Positions 1-9,210 of a stretch of 29,419 bases of DNA are shown here, one piece after another; position 1 is the stretch's first letter; every line of letters starts with the position of its first letter. Under the pieces are notes generated by a model. The model saw nothing but the letters and a program-made list of their open reading frames with translations. It ran no database searches and was not told where the DNA came from. A program made the position numbers and the translations under genes. Source of the stretch: Clostridia bacterium (GTDB lineage: Bacteria > Bacillota > Clostridia > Christensenellales > Aristaeellaceae); assembly GCA_030526225.1 (NCBI GenBank), contig JAUNDF010000021.1, positions 1-29,419 of the forward strand, written 5' to 3'.

Positions 1-803
1 CCACCAAGCTGAACGAAATCTACATGAACATCGTCAGCAACGCCATCAAGTACACGCCGGGCGGCGGAACGGTCAGCGGCGTGATTGACGAGCTGCCCTG
101 CGATGAGCCGGGCTATGCACGGATTCGCACCCGCATCAGTGACACGGGCGTGGGCATCAGCGAGGAATTCCTGCCCAAAATCTTCGATTCCTTCACCCGC
201 GAACGCAACACCACCATGGGCAAGGTGGCCGGTACCGGTCTGGGCCTCTCCATCGTGAAAAAGCTGGTGACCCTCCTGGGCGGCACCATTGAGGTGGAAA
301 GCGAGCCGGGGAAGGGCTCCACCTTCATCGTTACCCTGAAGTTTAAAATCGCCGACGAGGCGCATTACGCCGCGATGCCTGCCCATGCGGACGGCGGGTT
401 GGATGATGTTGCCCTGTCCGGCCGGCATATCCTGATGGCAGAGGACAACGAGCTGAACGCAGAAATCGCCGCCGCAATTCTGGAGGAAATGGGCCTGATT
501 GTCGACCACGCCGAGGACGGCCGTGCCTGCGTGGATATGCTGCAGAAGGCCGAACCGGGCTATTACGATTTAATCCTGATGGATATCCAGATGCCCGTGA
601 TGAACGGCTACGAAGCCACCCGGGCCATCCGCGCACTGCCGGACCAGGTCAAGGCCGCCATTCCCATTATCGCCATGACTGCCAACGCCTTCGAGGAAGA
701 CAAGAAAAACGCCTTCGAGGCCGGCATGAACGGCCACGTCGCCAAGCCCATCGAGGTGAAGGTGGTGGAGAAGGCCGTCAAGCGTGCACTGGCGGGAAGG
801 TAA
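1..803 (+). CDS. hybrid sensor histidine kinase, C-terminal part (GHKL ATPase + receiver domain); 5' end lies outside the window
   Basis: The frame is open from base 3. TKLNEIYMNIVSNAIKYTP is an N-box, followed by the DTGVGI, GTGLGLSIVKKLV and GKGSTF boxes. A receiver domain follows (ILMAEDNELNAEIA, DLILMDIQMPVMNGYEATRAIR, PIIAMTANAF, GMNGHVAKP). Stop is TAA at 801-803. Confidence 0.9.
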   Translation, partial: TKLNEIYMNIVSNAIKYTPGGGTVSGVIDELPCDEPGYARIRTRISDTGVGISEEFLPKIFDSFTRERNTTMGKVAGTGLGLSIVKKLVTLLGGTIEVESEPGKGSTFIVTLKFKIADEAHYAAMPAHADGGLDDVALSGRHILMAEDNELNAEIAAAILEEMGLIVDHAEDGRACVDMLQKAEPGYYDLILMDIQMPVMNGYEATRAIRALPDQVKAAIPIIAMTANAFEEDKKNAFEAGMNGHVAKPIEVKVVEKAVKRALAGR

Positions 804-840
804 CGGGGAAGACAAGCTGGCATAAAGCATATGAACAAAG

Positions 841-880
841 GGGCTGTGAAATCACATTTTCACAGTCCCTTTGCTTTATC
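841..880. terminator. hairpin between convergent genes (candidate bidirectional terminator)
   Basis: gggctgtgaaa (841-851) pairs with tttcacag-t-ccc (858-869) with one bulge, followed by tttgctttatc. It lies between the TAA at 803 (+) and the TAA at 906 (-). Confidence 0.55.
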
Positions 881-905
881 TGTCAGGTGCTTTTTCGCAT
901 CCCTC

Positions 906-2303
906 TTATTGTGCTCCAGCGCCCTTTTCCTCCAGCTTCCTTTTCGCATTTTCACTGCCAAGCTCTGCGGCCTGACGGTACCAGATGAGGGCGGGGTCAT
1001 CGATGCCGTAGCGGTGGTCAAGGCACCAGCCGACCATGTACATGGCATCCTTGTCGCCCAGCTGGGCCGACTGCCACAGCCACCGGAAGGCTTCCTCCGG
1101 GTTCTCCTCTGTGCCGATGGCGTTTTGCAGCATCATGGCGGTGTTGAACATGGCCTCGGCATCGCCGTTTTCGGCGGCCATCTTCATCCAGCGGAAGGCC
1201 TGCTCCGGGCTGCCGTTGTCCATGCAGAGATTGGCGGAGGCAATCATGGCGCGGGTGTTGCCCTGCTCTGCGGCCTGGGCAAACAGCTTTGCCGCCCGAA
1301 GGGGATCGGCTTGGGTGCCTTCGCCGTACAGCAGGCACAGGGCAAGGTTAATCATGGCCTCTGTGTTGCCCTTTTCCGCGGCTTTTTCGTAGTAGGGAAG
1401 CGCCGCCGCAACATCCTTGGCAACGCCCTCGCCGTTGATGTAGCAGTTGCCCACGGCGGCAAGCGCGGCGTCATTGCCGTAGGAAGCACCCAGTTCAAAC
1501 CAGCGGAAGGCCTCCTCGGGATTGACTTCAACGCCGCGGCCCCGCTGGTAGGAATCGCCCAGCATCAGGCAGGCCTGCTCGTTCCCAGCCAGCGCCGACT
1601 GCTCCAGCATATCCACCATGTCCGGGCTGACGGCGTTGTTTTCCGTCCATTCAAGGATGACGTTGCCGTACTGCAGGTAGCGCTTTTCGTTTTCCGTCTG
1701 CCAGTTGCGCCACAGCAGGGTGCCGGTGACGGCGGCGGCAATCATCACAGCCGAAACGATGGCGGTCACGCGGATGCGCTTCCTGCGGCGGTCGCGGTCC
1801 ACCAGCCGGTTGAAGCGCACATCCAGCAGGATGGAAATCAGCCGCAGAAATGCCTTCTGTTTGCCCAGCTCCTGCACATTCGCCCCGAGATAATGGTGGT
1901 CCTGCACGTTGCGCAGCTCGGCGGAATAGCATTCCAGCTCCGGCTTGTCCGTTTCCGGTTCGCCCTCCACAATAAAGGGGATGATGTTCTGCTCCCGCCC
2001 CAGCTGCTTGAAATAGGCGATTTCTGCCGCCACCCACGGGGAGGCCGCGCTGTTGGGGGAGCAGATGACAATCAGGTAGCGGGACAGGCGCAGCTCCCGC
2101 TGGATGGATTCCTGCAGCTCCACCCCCGCAAGGTCGGTCTGGTCGCGAAAGACCTTCAGGTGCTTGCCGCGGATGCATTGCTTTTTGCGCACATCCGCCG
2201 GAATGCGCCAGCTTTCCAGCCGGGCTTGCAGCCAGCGGCCCCAGTTCATGTCCCGGTGGCTGTAGCTGATAAAGGCATCATATTCGTATGCTTGGTTCGT
2301 CAT
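906..2303 (-). CDS. TIR domain - single TM helix - Sel1-like repeat protein
   Basis: 465-aa ORF. The N-terminus has TIR hallmarks (YDAFISYSHRD, LIVICSPNSAASPWVAAEIAYF with a conserved Glu). A basic stretch RDRRRKRIR is followed by the TM helix VTAIVSAVMIAAAVTGTLLW. About 6-7 Sel1-type repeats follow (GDSYQRGRGVEVNPEEAFRWFELGA, GNCYINGEGVAKDVAAALPYYEKAAEKGN, and others). GGAGG lies 4 nt upstream of the ATG. The ATG overlaps the upstream TGA as ATGA (2300-2303). Stop is TAA. Confidence 0.85.
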   Translation of the reverse strand: MTNQAYEYDAFISYSHRDMNWGRWLQARLESWRIPADVRKKQCIRGKHLKVFRDQTDLAGVELQESIQRELRLSRYLIVICSPNSAASPWVAAEIAYFKQLGREQNIIPFIVEGEPETDKPELECYSAELRNVQDHHYLGANVQELGKQKAFLRLISILLDVRFNRLVDRDRRRKRIRVTAIVSAVMIAAAVTGTLLWRNWQTENEKRYLQYGNVILEWTENNAVSPDMVDMLEQSALAGNEQACLMLGDSYQRGRGVEVNPEEAFRWFELGASYGNDAALAAVGNCYINGEGVAKDVAAALPYYEKAAEKGNTEAMINLALCLLYGEGTQADPLRAAKLFAQAAEQGNTRAMIASANLCMDNGSPEQAFRWMKMAAENGDAEAMFNTAMMLQNAIGTEENPEEAFRWLWQSAQLGDKDAMYMVGWCLDHRYGIDDPALIWYRQAAELGSENAKRKLEEKGAGAQ

Positions 2304-4138
2304 GCTTCCTCCGCTGCCTGCCGCATCAAATCGGGCAGGGCCAGTACGTTGCTTCGGTCCATGGCCTTGTAATCCACCTTGCCGCCGGTGACGGCGTTTT
2401 CCCGGGCAGATAAATCATCCAGCTGCTCCCATGGAATCAGGCAGGCGTGAAGGCGCTTTTGCGTATCCTTGCCGATGCGGATGGCTTCCCCTGCGGCATA
2501 GCGCGATGCCCGTTCCTGCCAGATGTCCTCCGGCATGGTGTGGTAGCCCATCACCTCATGGAAGGCGCACCAGCGAAGATGTTCTGTCTGGGCAAGGTTC
2601 TCCAGCATGTCCTCCCGGGGCGGCCAGGGCGAAGACAGCGGCGCATCCGGCGCAAGGCCCACCGCGGCCGGAAAGGCAGGGGCAAAGTCGGCGCTGGCCC
2701 TGCAGCTGATGCGGCTGAAGTAGTCACACCTTTTCCAGTTATCCTCCGCAGACAGGCCGTTTCCGGCGCAATACTGCTGATTGATGACCATGGCCAGCCG
2801 GTCCAGCTGATGGAAGTCCAGCGCATCGGAGGCGTAGATGCTCTGCCACTGCAGGTCGGTTTTGCCGCCCTCGGAGCAAAGCAGGCTTTCCTTGGTCAGC
2901 TGCACAATGGCGGGCAGATGCTCAAAGCCGCCGTACCATGCGGTGATTTCCTGTGCAATCTCCTGATTCTGCTGCTTTCGTCCGGTGGAGATGACGATGT
3001 AGTTCACCGAATCCCGGTATTCCCGCAGGAAGGCGTAGAAATCGTTGGAGCGGCCGTCGGAGGCGTGAAAGTTGATGTGATGGTTTTGCAGCAGCTGGCT
3101 GTCAAGCAGGCTGCCGGCCTGTGCATGGCTGTCGAAGACATCCGCCCGGAAATCACTGCCGCAGAACTGACCGTTCATGGCCAGCTGCTTCAGGGCGGCG
3201 CGGCCCATCTGCCCGAAGCCGATAATCACCGCGTGAACATCCTGCACGGCTCTGCCGGCTTCGTCAAAGGCGATGGTGCGGCAGGGGGGCAGGCGGCGGG
3301 TCATCAGCCGGGCGGCCAGTCCGTAGGCATCATAGGCGAATACGTTGCCAAAGCCGGGGCCGTCCTGTGCCAGAAGATATCCGGCCTGCTGCTCCTCTAC
3401 CCCTTGCACAAGCAGGGTGGTCTGCCGGGGCTGGATGCCCCTGTCCGTCAGGGCGGAAAGCAGCTGCTGGGCCCAGGCAAGGTTGCGCAGTCCGTCGGGA
3501 TGCATGGCGGCGGCATGGAGCATCCGCTTGCCCGGCACCATGCCGATGTGCCGCAGGAAGGCCGCATCCGGGCTTAAGGCCGAGGCGGATTTTTCCACCA
3601 GCCCGCCCATGGCCGCAATGGCGGATTCGGCGGCGCTGTCACAGCTGTCATCCACAAACAGCAGTGTCAGATGCTGCTTTGCCTGTCTTGTGCGGGCATA
3701 GTCGATGGATTCGCTGTTGGCGCCGAAAATTACCAGCAGATCGCCGCGGCGCAGCAGCATGGTGCGCAGCCGGTGCAGCAGCCTGCCGCCCAGCGTGGCA
3801 ATGGCTGTGCTGGCGGTGGCATAGAAGGCAAGAAAGTGGCCCACCCAGAACACGGTCATGGGGATTTCTCCCTGCCAAAGGGGCACGGACTGCACCAGCG
3901 CGGCATCGTTAACGCCGCCGAACATGCGGCAGACCGTCAACAGCGCCCGCAGAACGGGAATCACGCCCAGCCCGCCCTGCCACATGAAGGCATAGCCGTA
4001 CATCACAATGCCGATGCAGGCGGCCATGGCGGCGGAACAGCCGGTCATGCGGTTGCGGAAGGAGGTATCGGCGGCCAGGTTCAGCAGTGCCGCCAGAAAC
4101 AGGGCGGCAACCAGCAAAATGGCAACAAAGGCGGTCAT
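2300..4138 (-). CDS. multi-pass membrane protein with Rossmann-type (TrkA-N-like) modules and a C-terminal RyR-like domain
   Basis: 612-aa ORF. AGGAGG lies 8 nt upstream of the ATG at 4138. The N-terminal ~130 aa are hydrophobic helices. It has a GxGxxG motif (VIIGFGQMGRAALKQL) and a W-x-C-x-Y-F-x-R-x-S-x-RA-x-AD motif shared with the neighbouring channel. The C-terminal EHLRWCAFHEVMGYH...HACLIPWEQLDDLSARE resembles bacterial RyR (PF02026-type) domains. The family call is from memory, not from a search. Confidence 0.7.
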   Translation of the reverse strand: MTAFVAILLVAALFLAALLNLAADTSFRNRMTGCSAAMAACIGIVMYGYAFMWQGGLGVIPVLRALLTVCRMFGGVNDAALVQSVPLWQGEIPMTVFWVGHFLAFYATASTAIATLGGRLLHRLRTMLLRRGDLLVIFGANSESIDYARTRQAKQHLTLLFVDDSCDSAAESAIAAMGGLVEKSASALSPDAAFLRHIGMVPGKRMLHAAAMHPDGLRNLAWAQQLLSALTDRGIQPRQTTLLVQGVEEQQAGYLLAQDGPGFGNVFAYDAYGLAARLMTRRLPPCRTIAFDEAGRAVQDVHAVIIGFGQMGRAALKQLAMNGQFCGSDFRADVFDSHAQAGSLLDSQLLQNHHINFHASDGRSNDFYAFLREYRDSVNYIVISTGRKQQNQEIAQEITAWYGGFEHLPAIVQLTKESLLCSEGGKTDLQWQSIYASDALDFHQLDRLAMVINQQYCAGNGLSAEDNWKRCDYFSRISCRASADFAPAFPAAVGLAPDAPLSSPWPPREDMLENLAQTEHLRWCAFHEVMGYHTMPEDIWQERASRYAAGEAIRIGKDTQKRLHACLIPWEQLDDLSARENAVTGGKVDYKAMDRSNVLALPDLMRQAAEEA

Positions 4139-4171
4139 GCAATCATCCTCCTGTGGGGGATTTGTGGGGGG

Positions 4172-5641
4172 TTACTTGGGCAGCTGTTCCCAGGCCAGAT
4201 CATCCTTGGCCTGCTCCGCCTCGCTGAGTTCGTCAAAGGGAACCATGCAGGGGTGGGTTCTCAGGAGCGCATCCTTATGGGGGCCATAGCGCCAGCCGTG
4301 CAGTGCATGGAAGCGCAGCCAGCGGTCGTGCTCGTTTTGGCGGCACATGCGGCGCAGGGAAGCATCCGCCTGCTCAAAGGGCGTCCCCTGCAGGAGGGAC
4401 AGCTTGACGGGAATGTGGTCTGTGGCGGCGCGGTTGGAGGCGCGCAGGAAGCAGGAGAGTTCACCCCACGCCGGTGCAGCGGGATTGACGGCGCGGTAGG
4501 CTTCGTGCATGGCGCGGGCGGCTGCATCCTGTGTTTGCTTCATGACAAGGTCTTCGGTGTACAAATCGGCTTCTTTGCCGAAGGCTGTGCCGGGAACGGT
4601 TTCGTCATCGGTCAGCACATGCAGTGCGCCGGTGACGGGCAGCCAGCGGCTGATGCGCAGGGTCAGGGCGGCGTTCTCCTGCCGGTCATCCCCGCAGATG
4701 ATGATGCGTTTCGCGTTTTGAAGTGCTTCGGCGGTCCATGGCGCTGTGTGGAAAAACAGGCTGTCTTTGGTGCCTGCGGCTTCACCCATGGCAAAGACCT
4801 GCTGCAATCCCTCGTGCAGGCGGCGGTATTCATCCCAGTTGCCGTACAGATGCCATGCAAGGGTGCGGAAGGGCGTGAGGCAGCTGACATTCACCGCCTG
4901 ATTCATCAGGGCTTGAGCATAGCGGCCATCCCCCAGCAGAAGGACGGTGTCTTCCCCGGCTTGCAGGGGGAAGCGCTGCCAGTAATCCCGCGCACAGCTT
5001 TCACAGGCATGGAAGAAGGTCACGCCGGGGAGGGTGTCTGTTTCCACACTGCGGCAGTACAGCCGACAATCATCGGTGGATAGGGAACGCAGGGCCAGGG
5101 CATCGGCGCGGTTGGCGGCTTCGTCTTCATCCATCAGGAACAGGGAACGATGTCCTTTGGCAAAGCAGGGGAAGGCAGACAGGGCGCGAATGTCACCGGC
5201 AAAATGCACGGGGCTTCGGGCGTGACCGCCGCTTCGGCAAAGCACCGGCAGTGCTTCAGGGTGATGGCGCAGGATGTCGGCCATCAGGGTGCGGGCCTCC
5301 GCGTTATCCGAAGAGAACACAGCCCACGGACGGCGGCGGTTTTGCCACAGGCGCAGGGTGGGGAACAGGCGGCCTGTCATCAGCCCCCAAAAGGCACTGA
5401 CGGCCAAGGCCAGAAAGCCCAGACTCAACAGCAGAAATACACTGCCGATGAGCTTGCCCGCCGTTGTCACCGGATACAGATCGCCGTAGCCCACGGTGGT
5501 CATGGTGACAAGGGAGTACCAGAAGGCATCCCCGAAGGTGCGGATAGGCCCGCCGGTGCCCTGTTCAAATATGGTCAGCAGCAGCACCAGCAACAGATAA
5601 CAAACCGCGGCCGAAGCAGCGCGGCATATGGCTTTTTTCAT
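4172..5641 (-). CDS. 2-TM potassium channel (TVGYGD selectivity filter) with a cytoplasmic Rossmann-like region and a C-terminal RyR domain
   Basis: The pore is [18 protein letters not shown], flanked by helices [15 protein letters not shown] and [22 protein letters not shown]. The C-terminal [46 protein letters not shown] is a typical bacterial RyR-domain signature. I set the start at ATG 5641 (MKKAICR...) because cGGAGGttgctcccATG gives an 8-nt spacing. The ORF-track start at 5911 is an unsupported upstream extension. Stop is TAA. Confidence 0.85.
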   Translation of the reverse strand: MKKAICRAASAAVCYLLLVLLLTIFEQGTGGPIRTFGDAFWYSLVTMTTVGYGDLYPVTTAGKLIGSVFLLLSLGFLALAVSAFWGLMTGRLFPTLRLWQNRRRPWAVFSSDNAEARTLMADILRHHPEALPVLCRSGGHARSPVHFAGDIRALSAFPCFAKGHRSLFLMDEDEAANRADALALRSLSTDDCRLYCRSVETDTLPGVTFFHACESCARDYWQRFPLQAGEDTVLLLGDGRYAQALMNQAVNVSCLTPFRTLAWHLYGNWDEYRRLHEGLQQVFAMGEAAGTKDSLFFHTAPWTAEALQNAKRIIICGDDRQENAALTLRISRWLPVTGALHVLTDDETVPGTAFGKEADLYTEDLVMKQTQDAAARAMHEAYRAVNPAAPAWGELSCFLRASNRAATDHIPVKLSLLQGTPFEQADASLRRMCRQNEHDRWLRFHALHGWRYGPHKDALLRTHPCMVPFDELSEAEQAKDDLAWEQLPK

Positions 5642-5892
5642 GGGAGCAACCTCCGGCGCATCAAGGGTGGAAAATGATGGATTGATATCCTTTAGTATAC
5701 CCGATTCTGCGGGCAAATGCAAAGCCTTTGCGTTTTCTCCCTTGACCGGAGCAACCGTATCTTTTATAATCAAAATGACGAAATCTGCGCTTTCCTCGAC
5801 CGGAAAACACATAATATCAGAACGAAATCCCTGTTTATCCATGGAAGTTGACATATATTGACAGCATCCCGCCATCCGGGATGGGAGGAACC

Positions 5893-8800
5893 ATGCTGAA
5901 CAAGATGACAAAACTCCGTCAGCGGCTGCTGTGCCTGATGGCAGCCCTTATGCTGCTGATGACAATCCTGCCCGCAGCATCAGGTGCTGATGCACAGCAA
6001 AGCCGGGAGTGCCTTCGGGTGGGCTGGTATCAACTGGATATGTTTCAGGAGGGCATGGGCGATGATGCGCCCAAGAGCGGCTACAGCTATGACTATCTGC
6101 AGAAGGTATCCAATTATACCGGCTGGCAGTATGAATATGTGTACGGCACATGGCCGGAGCTGTTCGGCATGCTGGAGCGGGGCGAAATCGACCTGCTGGC
6201 CGGTGTATCTGCCACGGCAGAGCGGCGGCAGGTGATGCTCTTCCCCGATTCCGCCATGGGATAGGACGTATACTGCCTGTACCGCCATGCGGATGATGCC
6301 GCCCTGTCCTCGGGGGACCGTTCCCTGCTGGCGGGCAAAAAGGTGGGCGGCATTGCCGACAACCGCATGAGCGACATGGCCATGGTCTGGAGCGAGCAGA
6401 ACGGCCTCGGGCTGGAGCCGGTGCTGTTTGAGACACAGGCAGAGCAGCTGGCGGCCTTTGAGCGCGGCGAAGTGGACCTCATCTGCCAGACACAGAGCAA
6501 TGTATCCGGTGTTGTGGGCCTGAGCATGGTGGCCAAGCTGGGGGAGGAGCCCTACTATCTGGCGGTATCCGGCAAACGGCCGCAGCTGCTTGCCCGTTTG
6601 AATACGGCGCTGAACCGTATGTTCTCCATCGAGCCCTTTTTGCTGCAGAACCTGCAGTACGCCAACTATTCCTCTGCCATCACCAGCAAAGATTTGACGG
6701 AGGAGGAAAAGAACTGGGCGGCTTCGCATCCGGTGATGCGGGTGGGCTATCTCAACAATTATCTGCCCTATTCCGCCAAGGGCGAGGACGGCGAGGCCGC
6801 GGGCCTGATGACCGATGTGCTGGCGGGCATCCTGACCGCACTGGGGCTGGATAACCAGGTTCGGGTGGAGTATGTTCCGTCGGACAATTACAACGATATG
6901 ATGGCAGCACTCCGGCAGGGCGAGCTGGATGCGGCCTTCCCGGTGTACAGCCGTCCGTGGGATCTGGAGCAGCTGCAGCTGGCGGCCTCCACGCCGGTGG
7001 TCACCTGCAGTGAAAGCTTTGTGTTCCGCGGCCAGTATGACAAAAACCAGCTGAAGACCATTGCGGTTAACAGCAACAATCAGATGCAGATTGCCTACAC
7101 CCTGCGGACCTTCCCCGGGACGGAGCTGCTGCTGCTGCGCTCCATTGACGAATGTCTGGAGGCCGTGCTGGAGGGCAGGGCGGACGGTACGGTGCTCAAT
7201 CCCCTGCGCACGGAGCTGGTGACCGCAGCAGAAAGTACCGCTCCCTGTCCTATGTGCAGATGGGCACGCAGGACAGCCGCTGCTTCGGCGTAAGGGATAC
7301 GGATACGGCGCTGCTGCTGCTGCTCAACCGCGGCCTGCGGCTGCTGGGCTCCTCCTATGGCATGGAGCATTCCTACAAGTACATCGAGGCACTCAATCCC
7401 TATACCTTTGCAGATTTCCTGATTGACAATATGCTGTGGTTCGGCCTGTTCTTCCTGCTGGTGCTGGTGGTCATCATCACCCTGCTCAGCTACAACCTGA
7501 CCAAGAAGGAGCAGAACATGCGTCAGGTCAACGCTCTCAATGACAAACTGAGCGTGAACCAGCGCAAGCTGCAGGATCAGGTGAACATTGCCGGCGGTCT
7601 TTCCAACGCGTATTTCTCCGTGTATTTCGCTGATTTGGCCACCGGACGCTACAAGGCGGTGAAGGAAATGCCCCGGGTGCAGGAGCTGCTTCGGGGCTGC
7701 CGCACGGTGCAGGAGGCCATGGACATCGGTCTGCCCCACATGATTGACCATGACGATCTGGCGAAGATGCAGGAGTTTACCGACACCGGCACCCTGATTG
7801 ACCGCCTTGGGGACAGCGACAGCATCAGCGCCGAATTCCATTCCGTTGACCCGCAGCGCCCATGGTGCCGCGCCAGCTGGATTGTTGCCGGGCGCGACAA
7901 GGGCGGCGAGGCGGCCTCCGTGCTGTATGCGGTGGAGGATATCACCGCGCTGGTGGGCAAGCGCATGGCCCGCGAAAAGCAGCGCCGGGAGGCGGAAAAG
8001 CTGGAGCGCCTGCGCCTGCAGACCATGACGGAGGCCATCCACGGCAGCTTCAAGCGCGGCTTGAATGATGACGAGTTCACCTTCCTGATGGTTTCCGAGC
8101 AGCTGGCGAAAATGCTGGGCTACGAATCACCCCAGGAGATGATTGATGCCGGCAGCGGCTGCATGATGAACCTGATGGACTTCAGCGACACACGGCACGA
8201 AATCGAGACCGTGCTGAAGGACGTGCACAGCGGCAAGATGTACACCATGCACTACCGCCTGCGCTGCAAGGACGGCAGCTGGAAGAATGTAGAGGACCGG
8301 GGCCGCCTGATTCGCAACCCCGACGGCGTGGAGGAGTTCTGGAGCTTCATCGTCGATCAGGATACGCTGACCAGAACCGAGGAAGCCCTCTCCCGGGCTA
8401 ATCAGGCCAACGCGGCGCTGCAGCAGGCCCAGCAGGAGCTGGAGGCCGCCCGCGACACAGCCGAAAAGGCAAGTCAGGCCAAGAGCAACTTCCTGTTCAA
8501 CATGAGCCACGACATCCGCACCCCCATGAACGCCATCATCGGCTACACAGAGCTGCTGGGCCGCCATCGGGAGGAGCCGGAGAAATTCAGCGACTATCTG
8601 CAGAAAATCCGCTCGGCCAACAGCTTCCTGCTGTCGCTGATTAACAACGTGCTGGAAATGGCCCGCATCGAGGCCGGCAAGATTACCTTCGATGAGCAGG
8701 TGCACCGCCCCGGCAGAATCATGGATGACATCACCGCCGTGTATGAGGAGCTGATGCGGCAGAAGGGCATCGACTTCCGGGTGTCTGTGAGCATTCGCGA

Positions 8801-9185
8801 CCGGCTGATTTACTGCGATTCCCTGAAGGTGAAGGAAATCCTGCTCAACCTTGTTTCCAACGCTTACAAGTACACCCCCGCAGGCGGCAGGGTGAACGTG
8901 GAACTGACGGAGATTCCCTCCATGCGCCCGGGCTGGACCAGCGTGAAAACCGTGGTATCCGATACGGGCATCGGCATGAGCGAGGAATTCCTGAAGACCA
9001 TCTTTGAGGAATTCACCCGGGAGCATACCTTTACCGAAAACAAGATTGAGGGCACGGGCCTTGGCATGCCCATCGTGAAGAAGCTGGTGGAGCTGATGGG
9101 CGGCTCCATCACCGTGGAAAGCACACCGGGCAAGGGCACTGCCTTCACCATAATTATTTCCCCACCGGCTGGCGCAGGAAATTGA
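5893..9185 (+). pseudogene. sensor histidine kinase with a signal peptide, two periplasmic SBP_bac_3-type solute-binding domains, TM, PAS, HisKA and HATPase. It is interrupted by an in-frame TAG (6262-6264) and a 1-nt frameshift near 7232-7234.
   Basis: The standard-code pieces are 5848/5893..6264, 6343..7293 and 7152..9185. Pieces 1 and 2 share a frame, and the text reads straight through the TAG (..LFPDSAMG*DVYCLYRHADD..KKVGGIADN..). Pieces 2 and 3 join if gcagcagaaag(7231-7235) once had one more A (..ELVTAAEKYRSLSYVQMG..). The total length of 3293 nt is 3n-1, which fits one lost base. The TM helix is MLWFGLFFLLVLVVIITLL, the H-box is FLFNMSHDIRTPMNAIIGY, and the N/G boxes are NLVSNAYKYTP, DTGIGM, GTGLGMPIVKKLV and GKGTAF. 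A GGGAGG RBS precedes ATG 5893. Confidence 0.75.
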
Positions 9186-9210
9186 ACAGCACGAGGCCGA
9201 GGAGGAGGCT

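Noticed and set aside
831-2372. 513-aa plus-strand ORF, the longest ORF in this region of the track
   Set aside because: It lies antisense to the TIR-Sel1 gene and to the end of the upstream gene. Its translation is low-complexity A/G/H/V/L-rich text, typical of shadow frames in GC-rich DNA. It has no RBS and no recognisable motifs, whereas the minus-strand frame has clear TIR and Sel1 signatures.
7152-7293. Programmed ribosomal frameshift joining the solute-binding and kinase frames
   Set aside because: There is no slippery heptamer or downstream structure at the junction. A single missing A in a short A run explains it, and sensor kinases are not known to use programmed frameshifting.
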